From Bispira polyomma (Eukaryota), in assembly GCA_965649765.1 (NCBI GenBank), contig OZ287755.1, positions 58,838,001-58,902,000 on the forward strand: a stretch of 64,000 nucleotides of DNA. The letters are read 5' to 3'. The translations under genes were made by a program, and so were the position numbers. Position 1 is the stretch's first letter. Each line of letters opens with the position of its first letter. Positions 1-13,500 of this stretch are shown here, in pieces. The notes below the pieces were generated by a model. That model was not told where the DNA came from, did no database searches, and worked only from the letters and a program-made list of their open reading frames with translations.

Positions 1-172
1 CCAGGGAACCTTTTGATCACCAGACCAACTCCCTCAATGGGAGTCAAACAGGGAACCTTCTGATCACCAGACCAACTTCCTCAATGGGAGTCAAACGGGG
101 AACCTTCTGATCACCGGACCAACTCCTCTAGTGGGAATCAAACAGGGAACCTTCTGATCACCAGACCAACTA
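1..172 (-). repeat. 47-bp tandem repeat (at least 3.6 copies) derived from a SINE tRNA-like head
   Basis: gggaacc recurs at 4, 51, 98 and 145; its reverse complement matches the SINE head at about 17960-18000. Confidence 0.85.
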
Positions 173-2769
173 CTAGACCATGTGAGACCACACAAAATGT
201 GAAACAATGATTAAAATCAGATAATAAAAATAATTAATGAAATTTGTATGTTATAAAATAAATGATCTTGCCTCATTGACATGTACAAATGGGGTGCAAA
301 GATGACGTGCACGTAGAACTTAATGCATGAGGAATCATTCAAAACCCGTTTAAGGAATCATGTTCAGTTTGTACAAACATTTCAGTAAATCAGTTTCTTC
401 TGTGTGGTATTATGTTACATACATGTATTTATCAAGTGTTCTTTACTTATAAACTGGTTTTTATTAGGTTTTCACTATTTTTCTTTTTCTCAAGTTTTAT
501 ATAAATATAATAATCCATAAATGAAACTAAATAACTTAATTTTTGAAATAAAAGAATAATAAAAAAAAACAAAAAAAAAAAAAACTCAACATGAAAAAGA
601 TGTGGTTTGAAATATACTTTTTTTTATATATATAAACAAGACTGACATCAAACTGAACTTAAGTTAATATGGCCCTATTCTGTAAAGAAAGTATAACGCT
701 TAAATTTAAACTCAACTAAAAAAAAAATCCAAAATGAAAGTCTTTGTACATGAAAATAACTTATACTTGTGACCATTTGTTTAATAGAGCTTTCAGTGCT
801 AAATTTACATCTGCAGTTAGACTTCACATATTAACTTCATTCTAGCCAGAGATAGAGGGACCTCAGATTTGTGCTCGAGTCACAGTTGAACTTGAGAATG
901 TTATGTTTATTAAAAGACCAGCACTTGTTATGCTCAAAATTCATATTTGTAAGAAAATAGCATATATTATTTTCGAAAACCTAATTTTATTTGTTTTAAA
1001 ACCCCACAAAATCAACGAACAGTTAAACTGAAAAGTGTTCCTTGGAAATAAGCAGTGACATGAACTTTCTAGCATAAGGAGAACAAACTATTTAAGGTCC
1101 AACGTTTTTAATTGCATGGAGGTAAATGTGAATGGAGCATGCCATATAGAGAATGGATTCTAATTGGTTTAGGCAAGATACATTACAAGGTCATGCCTGA
1201 AGGTTTACAAAGAAAACTCAATCTATAATATACAATTTCTTTTCAGCCTTTGAATGTGTACCTTGACAACTGAACAAAAATAATCATTTCACCAGTTTAA
1301 TTATATTAGGAACCAATGGAACATTGAGGTTTAGGTCAAGGTTATGGATCTGTAAGAATCCAACACTCTGAATATTGTATATATATATATATATATGGTA
1401 TCACATATTAGGTTTTAAATTGCATCTGGGGATTTTATCATTGAAAATATAAATGTTTACTATTTTCAGAAGAGTGTACACTTGTGTTATGTCAACCCCA
1501 CCAAATAAATAGGAGATAAGAATCACACACATATATATATAAGTATTATAACAGTAGATAACAGTATTAAATAGTCTCCCAGCTGAGCTTAGAACTCCCC
1601 TCCTTAGTTCTATCCCTGTACACCCCACATCCTTCCTGGCGACCTGTCTATGTTTTGTTGGACTTCTCCATTGGTTGATCAATTCTGTTGTTGTACTTTA
1701 GAATATGCTTTGCATCAATAAGGTGCCTTAAAAAAGTGAAAAGACACCACAACTGTTGGAGGTGTAATTTTTACAGTTACTCTTACTACGTTTGGTACCT
1801 CGATAACTGCAGGTACTCTATTTTCAAATAGTCAACACCAACATATACCCTAACCTACACAGAACATCCAAGTATACAATTGAGCTCAGTAGTCTACCCT
1901 GTACACATATAGGGAGAATGCTAACTAAACTGATTTGTCTTCTGTCTCCTTCTGTTGGTTGACATACCCGAGGTCACTTCCCCTACTGTTTTCTGTGTGA
2001 TATATTAAGTGTCTATTAGTATGTGCCAAAAAGTGGTCTTGACCAGTTATTAATAATGGGTATAATATCACCACAGATGGAGTTTTCATACATAGATACA
2101 TTTATTATATATAAGATGAGCTGAAGAGGTATTTAAATGTATCTCTGTTACCATACTGACAGTATAGTATGGAAGAGTAGAAAGGCAAACAAGCAAAACA
2201 AAAAAATTCTATTAGTCGACTTAACATCCCGATGAATCAACTTTTTGCCCTTTCGCGTAAGGATTTATTCCACTTAATATCTTGATAAAGTGACTCAGCT
2301 GTCTTGATTTGATTTGTTTTAGAAATTATGATAATCTCATTTACAAATATCCTTCATACAATGAAGGCCTGAATTCTCTTGTATTTAGTCATAAAGGGGT
2401 GATTTTCCAAAAGGGTTAGTGTACTGGTATCTAACTATTTATCAGGCACAGCCTGATATCGTTTTCATTTTCAAAAAGACTCCGCCATTTTTGAAAATAT
2501 GTTAGGCCTCTATTGATTGGCTGGAACAATCAACCCAGTCAGACTAAAGGGTGTCAGATTTATTGTTATAAGGTGCAGCCTTGGGCCTGAGTATATATAG
2601 TGGCCATATTAACGTTAGTGTATTTCATACGGTGTTATTTTCAATAGACAATACTTATTCCTCATATATCTACGTTTCATACATGCATCAAAATCACAGT
2701 CCGGAAAATAAGAAAACAATGGTGAACTAATTAACTAACATTTCCGCAATCTGCCAAAGTCTAGCCAAC

Positions 2770-3000
2770 CAGCACATTCCCTTAACTGAGGACAGAGGCT
2801 TCAGAAAGATACCATTCATGGGTGTCCTCAAGGTTATAGTGCCTGCCCACTTGGGATAGGGCCCAATAACAGAGATCTCGCACTAATTTAATGGTCATCC
2901 GAGCAACTAATTAGCCGCCTGTACCTGGAAGCGAGAGACTCAGTCTGAAACCCACGTCTTCTGCGTTCCTAAGTGAGTGTGTTACCCACGGGGCCACACT
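2770..3000 (-). mobile_element. tRNA-derived SINE
   Basis: Minus strand gtggccccgtgggtaacac..ttaggaacgcagaagac; body gctcggatgacc. Confidence 0.65.
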
Positions 3001-4529
3001 GGCAGAGAGTGAACTACATGTGAACATTATAGAAAACCTGGAGACCCCTACAGAGCAAGATGAAGTGGGAGTCCAAGTGAGCTTTAAAAACCATTGTGTA
3101 AATAATTGCTTAGAGAAATTAAAATGTATCAAGATGTATCAAATTAATACAGAAATAAGTGCCTTGGGTGGACTCGTACATGTCTTTTGTTATAGATATC
3201 TTTTGTTATGCGATGTCGTAATTTTGGCCTCTTTAATGTCTTGGCAGCAAACATATTCACGTTTTTTTTAATATACTCTGAAGGCGTAGATAAAATACCC
3301 ATAGTTTAACCAAGGCTTTTTTTTCTTTAAAACCTACCCTGTTAAAGTAAAAAAATTTCTTGAATAGAGGTTAATTCTCGTAGTCGCTTAAGGTTCAATC
3401 CAAAAGGCATTCATCTGTATATGATTAGAGCTTTATTTATTATTGTTTTATTTGTACTTTGTAAATGAGAAATAGCCACGAATTCTGAATGTACATAATG
3501 CACCCATTTAACACCCTTAAACCATTGGGGGGAAATTGTAGGCATCAGATAGAACATATTTAATCGGATTAACTCTTTAAACCACAAGAGAAAACTATTG
3601 CAGGGAACTGGAGACATTTTTGCGCATAGCTTACAGATAGCTGGAGTCACTAAAAGACATGCCACACATTAGTTGCAGCTTTCAATAACAGCCTCATGTA
3701 TAATTTTTTATACGTGGGATTCCGCTGTACTAACAATTCCCTATTGCGAGGAACTAAAGAAAAATAAAATAATATTTTTTGAGTGTCAACTACTTGCTGA
3801 CAGACAAGTTCAGTGAGTAAGAAATATCGTCAGCTGCTTGCTGACATCCCAGAGGTAAACATGGTTACTGGGGCATCCTAGGTATCACATTTGAATTTGG
3901 ATATTTAACATCCACTCTAGTACCTGTTTAGGTTATATTGGGACGGGTAGTTGGAAACGCTGGAGAAAACACTGCATACAGTTGATCAAAGTTCTGCGCT
4001 GAAACCAGCGCCCCACAGTAAGGAACTACCACAGTCTCACTATAACAGTACGGATAGGCAGTTAGTGACGTTTTTAAAACCTATCTACAACTTCCCCTAA
4101 ATTTAGCTTCTTGCCCAAACCTTCTACAATCGGCTGTGTAAAGCGGAAGTGTTGGACATGTTCAAAACTGCTGTGTCACCTAAGTGAAAAAAAGGAGGTA
4201 AAATGCTTCTGCCCATTTCTGGATAGTACCAAATTCTACTGTAAGTCTTCCTTCCCTGTAATCGTGTGTGTCGGCCCATTTCCGCCTATTTCCGTGTATT
4301 TCTGTTTCACTATTGTAACTCTTACTCCAGTTTCTGCCCATTTCCGTCCTATTTCTGTTTCACTATTGTGAGTCTATTGCAGTCTATCTTCTTGTGTCCT
4401 TTTATTCACAGATATATTGCATAAATGAACAGCCGATTTATTATGTGGAAAGACAAGTTACAGTATCTTCTGCTACCTTCTAGTACCGTCTACCATACCG
4501 GCAATATGTGACCGGGTCATAAATAACAT

Positions 4530-4745
4530 AGTCAGGAGTAGTGGTTAATGCACTCACGTCCCACCTCTAAGGTTGTGGCTTTAAATCTCGGCTGCGGCTT
4601 TATGTGGCATAGTTGGTAATTACTTATTGTGCAGAATCTTGACCAACTAGTATGCACTGGTTATCTCCATCAGAATAAATGTCTGTCATAATAAGACCCA
4701 TACAATGTGTTGACAGCGACATTAAACCCAAATCAATCAATCAAC
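4530..4745 (+). mobile_element. tRNA-derived SINE with (AATC)n tail (relatives on the minus strand at about 4745-4905, 50690-50870, 62000-62212)
   Basis: gtagtggttaa A-box-like sequence, degenerate B box, aaatcaatcaatcaa tail. Confidence 0.6.
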
Positions 4746-5039
4746 AGTTTATGTCATATCATGACAGCCAGATTTAATGGTGGAGGAAATCATTGCTAAA
4801 GCACTGTCAAACTACTGGCCTATCGCAAGTACCTGACAAACTCTCGCACCAAAATGAACAAATGCAAATCAAACCCACATTGGTGAGAGACCAGTGATTG
4901 TGAAGCATGCAAGTACAATATTATGTATAATCAGACAGTATCATTTTTCTATGTCCGGAGGCTTGTCATCAGTTTTAGTATACCTTGTACATTCTCTATA
5001 CTGAGTACAGTTGGCGTTATAAATCCATGTTGTCTCTCA

Positions 5040-5390
5040 ACAGCCCTCCTACCTTGCTAATCACCATTCCTTCAGTAACTTCAAGGGTGGAAAAAATATT
5101 TTCTGTTTCCTCTGTTAAGCCTACCAAGAGGGCTGGATCTAGAGCCTGCATCTAATTGCTGTAATATGTTATGGAATAGTCTCCCATTTGAGCTTAGATC
5201 CTTAGAAACACTTTTTGGGTTTTGGCGATACTTAAAACCTATCTCTTTATGCTTGTTTTTCCCCCTTAATTCCTTCCCCGTACACCACCACATCTTTCCT
5301 GACGAACTGGCCATGTTACTTCTCGATTGGTAAATTGATTCTGTTATTGCACTTTAGAAAATTCCTTCGACTTTAAGTAAAAAGTGCTAA
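5040..5390 (+). mobile_element. L2-like 3' fragment (related short 3' ends at about 1540-1735 +, 14435-14570 -, 24795-24975 -, 45260-45660 -, 62270-62340 +)
   Basis: WNSLP..LR..LKTYLF remnant and shared 3'UTR ending ttagaagatgcc..catcaataa. Confidence 0.6.
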
Positions 5391-7417
5391 ACAGCAAATA
5401 TAAAATATGTATTAACACATATTCAACATACTAAAATACGTTTATCATCAACAACTAAGACAACAAGTTAAAACTTCAAAATCAATATTTATTTCTTTAA
5501 TATATAATATTAAAGTATCACTGGAAACTAAAGGAATTTTTTTTTGTATTTGGTCACAGATTGAAACAACTAAAACACAGACCAAAGACTACTTCCGGCA
5601 TTCAATAACGGCCTTGTATATAAATAATTGAATGGCAGATTCTGCTGTACTAACAGTTTCCTATTGCAAGGAACTGAAGGAAAATCAAATAATATTTTTA
5701 GAGTGTCGACCGCTTGCTGATTATATAAGTTTTGAAAGTAACCAATGCTGTCCACTGCTTGCTGATATAAGTTTTTAAGAATCACAAATGCCGTCGACTG
5801 CTTGCTGACAATATACAGGATCGAAAGGGTTCAAATTTTACAACCTAAAAACTTCAAGGATTCTTTATGCCTATAAATCAATCAAATATACATATAAAAA
5901 TTATATCAATAACAAAAATATCATCTATGTACAAATACACTTGAGTAAACTATCAGATCTCTTTTCTACATCACATATATTGCATTTTGTTTATACACTG
6001 CATAAAAAACTTCCCACAATAATAACAGAATAAAAATAACTGGGAGGTCACTCAGTAGAATGTATACCTTCACCAAGGTGCCACACTGCCAACTAGGTTG
6101 AAAACACAATTTTCTAAATCCACCTTTTTATACGGATCTAATCCCGAAATATAAGGATGATACCTCTTTGTTCTAAATTCCTCATCCGTCCCAACAAATT
6201 TTAATTTTCAGTAGTTTTTGTGCTTAAAACTAATGACAAACAAACAAACTAATGACCATAAGCAAAAATATAACCTTCTCGGCAGAGGTAATAACAATCC
6301 TTTCAAACCAAAATATGACATGGATACCCTTCCATTCAAAGCAGCTAACTGTTACTATATAGCATATATATAAAGCCTTGTATTAACACTGTGCAAAAAA
6401 TATCAGGTATTCCCAGATAGAAAAACTCTAAAACTTTAGTAAATATCAAAATGCATCACTCAATGGGTTATTACTAAATACAACAGTTCATACACTTCTT
6501 TGTCTAATTCTGCTATGTTAATTTAAGGTATTATCATGAAAGACCTCGTAATTTTACAAATACACTTTAAGTTCAATCAAAAGACTAAAACATAAGAAAA
6601 TGTTACATGTCAATATATATATTTGTTTTAAAGTCTCGCTATTTTTGTCAGATTTAATAACAAATTCATTAGTTGACAGAACATGATCAGAAATTTACAA
6701 GTACAACATTTTGCCATATGTAAGCTACTTAATTCTATATGTATAGGTTAGGGGAACACATCAGTGTTCTCTCCATATAAAAAGAGTACATGCAGTATAT
6801 ATTTGGTGGTGTAACATAATTGTTAACAAATCATAGTTAAACTACCCACAGAATGTCTAGATGTTTAACCACATATACACATGCTAATATGCATTATCAT
6901 ACAATGATCTAATATAATTTTTACTATTTTAACATGTTCAACACTGCCTGAAGAAGAGATGTAACCATTTTCCATCACATTTTAGTATAATACTTGCTAA
7001 AATATTAATATTTAGTGATTTAAATATGTCTTTGAAAAAAGGGAGGAGCTATTTCCATATTTTAAAAGCCCTAAACAGTGTTTCACAACATATTTTCAAA
7101 GGACCCCCTAAGAAACACCAAATATTTTGTCTTTTATTTTAAAACCATGTAACTATGGCAACCAAGAATATGTAGGAAATAATGAACTTTGGTCTACTTA
7201 AAATGAACAGGCTATGATCTACTGGACAAAACTATATACTATTGTCAGGTTTTGACTGTGTCTCGTGACAGATGAAATATATGCGTCTAGTCTTATTTAA
7301 GCTTTTTGTGTAATTTTGTTAAACCATATATAGCTGCATTTTCTGTATATTGGATGTCGAGATGTTAAAAAACTAAAATATCATCCCACTTAATAGTTAT
7401 ACGTCCTAAAATGTTAA

Positions 7418-7596
7418 TCAATTACAGCAGCCACAACAACAGATGAGCACGGATAGCATGATGGCCAAGCCAGCAAAGCAGTAACTAATGGTGATGGTGA
7501 TAAAGGTGTACCAGAAGGTGGTCTTATCACAGAAGTGGTCCACAGCAGGGTCTGTGTGCTGCACATTGCCATAGAGGTTGTAAACCCAGACGGAAC
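7418..7596 (-). CDS. TMEM272-like last coding exon (SVWVY...LICCCGCCN*)
   Basis: gttacag acceptor, TGA at 7420..7418; the reading frame differs from the ORF-track call 7414..7605. Confidence 0.92.
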
Positions 7597-10500
7597 CTGT
7601 AACATAGACAGAGTAAAGATATAATAGGAAAACTATTAGAAAATTATCTGACGAACGAATGTAAACAGGGGCGTAAGGGCCGACCTCCCTCCTGAATATC
7701 CTGGGGTAGGACCACTAACAGAGGCGTGGGTGACAAATGTGTTTCATACGAGCCTGAACTTTTACCTAAGCTCTTACTATACTTCCCCCTAGTTCAGGTT
7801 TTAACAGTATTCACGAAGGTTTTAAGTCGATATTTTGTCTCAAGTCTGAGATTTTGACGGAGCAGGGGCGTAGCCAGCATTAACAACAGTACACCCAGGC
7901 GTACCAATTTAATGACTGTATTTCTATTCACAATTCTTAGCTAAGAAAATTCTTATACTTAGAAAAAATTTGTATGTATAAAAATAATTCTTATTCTGAG
8001 TATAATAGTTATTTTAAGTATAAGAACTTTTGTGAATACGACCCCTGCTCTTAGTTTAGTCTCAGTTGAGACTTTTTCTGTGAACAGCAGCTTGAGACTT
8101 TGTCAACTTTGAGCCTGTATTTGTCAAAGACTTAAAACTTCTTTGTTAATAGTACACAGCACTTTTTTGTTTTTTTTTAAATATTTTTTATAAAATCACA
8201 TGGTTACAATACAAAAAATAACCATGAAAGAAGAATACAATACAATACATAAAAAGACGCAAAAAGAGACATTCAATGACAATAATGAAACCAATGAATG
8301 ACAAGTTTGACAACTCTGTACTTATCTCATTTCAAACTTGCATTCTGCCATCACAATAACAAAAGTTTATCAAACGTAAACAATGTTCTATTTTAGGCCA
8401 AAAATGATCAAATATAGTGTATAATAAAAGTAAAATGGCAAGCGGTATATTTAGTATTTCCTTGTCTTCTTTTGTTATATAAATTAATAGTACATAGCAT
8501 TTGTTTAAGTTCAAATATTATTGCTTCAGTTGAGCTAGCCATAGACTGAAGGCTAGTTCTAACAGGCCGGATCCCGATCGCAGATCTCTGTAATTTTGAC
8601 ACAAATAAAACAGTGTAAGCATTGAACCTGGGACCTTCTCATTCTTAGACCAACACCCTAACCACTATACCAAGTGGGATCAATGATGACGATAATTATT
8701 GAATAAAAAAATGAATAACAGCTAAATAAATAAACCAATGGTGGAGTGAAACCATATAGCCTGCCAAACCTACCTGCAATGAGCCATGCAAACATAAAGA
8801 GCTGCATCAACCCTTCCAGACCCATGAAGAAACTGCAGCTATTGTCATCACTGTTTCGCCTGGTTTTAAAGAGTGACAAATAACAACAATAAACAAAAAA
8901 AGCTAAAAAATCAGCTGGTTAAAAGTGACTAATTGGTGGTGTAATAAAACATGATGATTGCATTGTAATATTACAGTAGAATCTCTATTATATCCCGACT
9001 TGTTGGAAAAATAGAAAATATTTGTTCAGATAACCAAAGTTTTAACAAAAAGGGAACAGGTAGTTTTGTACAAGAGATAAAATGTCAGTTTAAAAATCAA
9101 ATATTCGGATATGAGGTTTGGATAATAGAGGTTTTACTGTCACTAAATATATACATAAAAGTAGAGCAGTTGTATTTGTTATCTAGGCTAAACATTATAA
9201 GATAGTGTACTATATGAAGATATCAAAGGCCTAAAATGCAAGATATATAAACGCAACTGCAAAACTTAAATGTATAAAAAATTTATTAATGGATACCGAT
9301 TTACAAAAAAGTGGCAGAATATTATGTGGTACTTAATTAATATACAAAGTATAAAATTTAAAAAAAATACCAAATTCATATAGAGACAAGTGTCTAACAC
9401 CATTTCATAGACAGGTTCTTTGCTGCTGGATAGAATTTCACTCTATGCCACCAAATACTGCTAATCAAAAGTACAATGAATTTATATTCGACAATAAGTA
9501 TATCTGCTTAAGTGACCAATCTCAGCAAGCAAAAGACGTGAAATTAATAAAGTCAGACACAAGAAATTTAGTTTTAAAAGATATAACAAATTCTTATGGC
9601 TAGAAAATAGAGTTTCACGAACTCTGTGAGAAACTCAGGTTTAAGTTAGATACAATGAGTTACAACAAAATTATCAGTGATATACGTATAATATAGAAAG
9701 AAAGATAACGAATATATCAGCAACAAATTTGGACACTACCCAGGAGCCAACAATGTTGGCAAAAGATCGATTAAAAATTTGACTAAACTTAACAAAAAGA
9801 TGCTCTACTGGGAAGTTATGAACAACAAACTAAAACAACCAACAGCTATAGAACAGTGGGTTGAGACATATCCATTTCTTGATATGGCACCATGGTATAA
9901 AATTTTCGAAATGAACCATATAATAGTGAAAGAACCATGCCTTCAATCTTTTCAATATAAAATCATAAATAGGGTAATTAACTCTAACTAAAACCTAGAT
10001 AAGTGGAAACTTAAAGGGGGGTTCTATATCCAAGTTCGATCGGCAAAATGGGCCCAAAAGTCGGGAAGGTCGGGCGAAAAAAATCAATAAAATCCATTTT
10101 TGGGTGGGAAAATTAAAATATGGGCGACTTTTTCGACCGAATGGGACGCTGACCCCGATCTTACTTAAAACTATACAGGATCAAATTTATTGGTGATAGG
10201 ATCTGATGTATCGCCCTAGGATCGAACGTATCGCCAATAGGATCTGACGGTTTCACTACCCAGACCATCAAGATCGAAAGTATTTAAAGTCCAAGTCGGG
10301 ACGATTATGGTAAAAATGACTGACAAAATGGGCTTATTGCAACTAAAATAGAAGAAATAATACCTGTTTAGATCTCATTTTTGATGGAAATTTGGTGTAA
10401 ATAACAGTAAATAATTCATCGTTCACATACATGAACTGCACCGGAAGTGGGTTTGATGTCGCAAAGGTAAACAACTTTTTAACTGATTTCCGTCATCGAG

Positions 10501-13500
10501 ACTGACAAAATGGGCTTTTATATGTGTCTCCATACATAAATTCCTCCCGATCTTCCAGACCACCCCGCTTTCGCCCCCGACCTATATGTTTCAACGGGCC
10601 AGCCTTAGGACAGGCTGTGAGTGATATTAAGACCTATCAGAACATATTGCTAATAGGATCGAACTTATTCGCCAAAGCCGGCCTTCCGGTTTCAGAGGTC
10701 GGGGACATAAATCGGGACACTTTTACAAAATATCAAACTTTTTTGATATTCTTCCCGACCTTCCCGACCACTCCGTTTTCGGCCACCGACCTATACGTTT
10801 TGCCATTTTTCCTGTTATCGATCACAAAGTCGGGAAGGCCGGGAACCAAATCCTGAGTGTGGAACCCCCCCTTTGAGGAAAACGCATGTTATAATTATTG
10901 TAGACTAATAGATACAATAGATCATCATTTATTTTTGTGTCCTCAGAATGATAATTTTTGGAGCAATAAGTAGAAGTAAATAAACAAAGTTTTAAATATA
11001 AAAAGTAGGCAAGAGTATACTGTATGTGAAATTTTTTTTGGTATTGATATAAGTAAAAGTAAATTTAGGGCGATTAACCGTGTCCAAAATATTATAATAT
11101 TGCTTGGTAAATGATTTTTAAATAAAACCTGAACAGAAGAAAAAGCACCAGCATTGTCACAATATTTACATATTTTAAAGAAAAAGTTACAAATTTGCCA
11201 AACTAATCTTAATTCCTGTGATAACGTTGAAAGGGTTGATAATGAATTAAAATTAAAGATAAAATCTATTTTAAGACAAATGTAAATGACAAAGTATAGC
11301 GACTACAGCAGAATCTCTATTTTCCTTACATGTTGGCACAGCATGGTTTTGTTGGGATAATTTAAAGGTTCACACAATAGAAGCAGTAATTTTGTATAAA
11401 AACAAAACCAGAAAGCATAACCATACTTTAGGAGAGTGGAAAAGTGTCTATAAAATCAAATATATTCAGATAACAGAAGTTTCAGATAACAGAGCTTCTC
11501 CTGTAGAGATTCCCCTGTAAACCATTTAAAAATCGGATGATATGTTCCGTGATTAACCCCAGATCTACCGACTAGCCCTCACTCTCTGTAGTCATAACCC
11601 TCATTAACCCTGATAAACCTGCGTTGCTGTACAACATATGTCTCCATTTGTGACACCGTTGTTGTAAAAACCCTGATTGGCCCTGACACTATAGCTCCCT
11701 CCATCGCTCATCCCGAAACATAGTAGCAATATCTTATATTCGATACGTAGTTGAATTGCAAGCCAATGTAGATATGGCACAAGACGTGATGAAAGCGACG
11801 TTAAACGCAAACTATTTCAAAAAGTACCTTAGGCTCACAACTGACCAGACCTTGGTTGGTGTGTATGCAGTAGAAAGGCCATAAACACACTTCATGTGCT
11901 GCATAAATGATCATGAGTTACATGTGCACAGGGCACAGGGAGGAGAGGTGGGGCTTTTTAACGCATGTGCAATGTGTACAGTCAAATATATTTCTAAGCA
12001 TTAAGGCTTTAACTCCTTCGACACCCCAAAAGAAAGCTAATGAGAATTGAATGAAAGTTTTGGGGGGTAAAAAGTAGCTAGTAAAATGCACACACCATAG
12101 ACTACTTCCAGCACGTAACAACGACCTCACATATAATTTGTTAAATAGGGAAGTATACTGTAGTAACAATTCCCTATTGCAAGGATTTTGAATTGGAATT
12201 TGGATATTTAACGTCCACTCTAGTACCTGTTTAGGTTTTTGTGGGATGGGTAGTTGGAAACGCTGGAGGAAACACTGCATACAGTTGATCAAGGTTCAGC
12301 ATTTAAACCAGCGGCCCACAGTAAGGAACTACCCCCAATTACGAGGAACTTGAATATAATAAAATAATATGTTTTAGGAGGTGTCATCTGCTAGCCGACA
12401 GACATAATTTCTGGGAGTAACAAAAGCTGTTGTCTGCTTTATGAACAACCTGGTGACTGTATACTGGATGCAAATGCAGAAGTAGCTTAGAATGATGCAG
12501 ACACAAGTCTAGTGAGTTTTGAAGCTTTATTGGTACATATATTTTGATGTTGGATGGTCTTGTGAGTCTGTTGAGTACACATGCAGCTACTTACTTTGTT
12601 TTCTGGTGAATCATGCTAACGATGCTGAGTGCAATGCCCACAGAGCCTGAGACAATGAGATAGATAGGGATGTGCTTCTCTGCTGGACAGTCGTTGAGAT
12701 GCGTGGCACCTGGAATACATGAAATACAGTCTAACTTGTAGCAGAATCATTGATCAAATCGTAAAGTCCATGGGCATAGCAAGGTCGTTAGGACAGATGT
12801 TGGGGCATGCACGAGGAAAGCTAAGGTAGATAGGCAAAGTTAAAAAGATAGGTTTCAAGATTTTTCAATAAAACGATGAGTGTATCAACTGATCTGAGGT
12901 CAACTGGGACACTGTTCCATAACAAGGGACCTGCAATGGAGAAAGCTCTGGATCCCGCCTTCCTGATGGGTCTGACTGAAGAAACAGAGAGTTTGTTGCC
13001 TCTCTTACGGTTACTGAAAGAGAGAAGAGAAGCAAAGTAGGAGGGCTGCTGAGTGACTGCAGCCTTAAAAGTAATAACTGGCATTTTGGACAAAATTTGA
13101 GAGTGAATGGGCAGCCAGTGTAATTTTTTGAGATAAGGAGTGACGTCTGTGCGACCACCCAGGCTTTTAATGGACTTTAATCTGTGACTTGTTTACTCCG
13201 AACAAAAGAGAGTTGCAGTAGTCGAGGTGGCTGCTTACAAGGGCGTTAGCCACAGTTATCGCAGTGGTCATTGACAGGTGGTTTTACATTTTTTTTGATG
13301 TTACGTATATGGTAATAGCAGAATGGACAGATGTTGGCAATATAAGTGTCAAACGAAAAGGCCAAATCAAATTGACACCCAGGTTTTTGACATTTTCAGA
13401 AGGTACTATGTCTTTTCCCAGAAGAGAAATGGAGAACAAAGATTTTAAGAATTCACTGTTTTTCGTGTTTCCAATGGAAATGAATTCGGTTTTGCAGGGT

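Noticed and set aside
7414-7605. ORF-track 63-aa protein
   Set aside because: Wrong frame; the TMEM272-like exon is read in another frame and stops at 7418.
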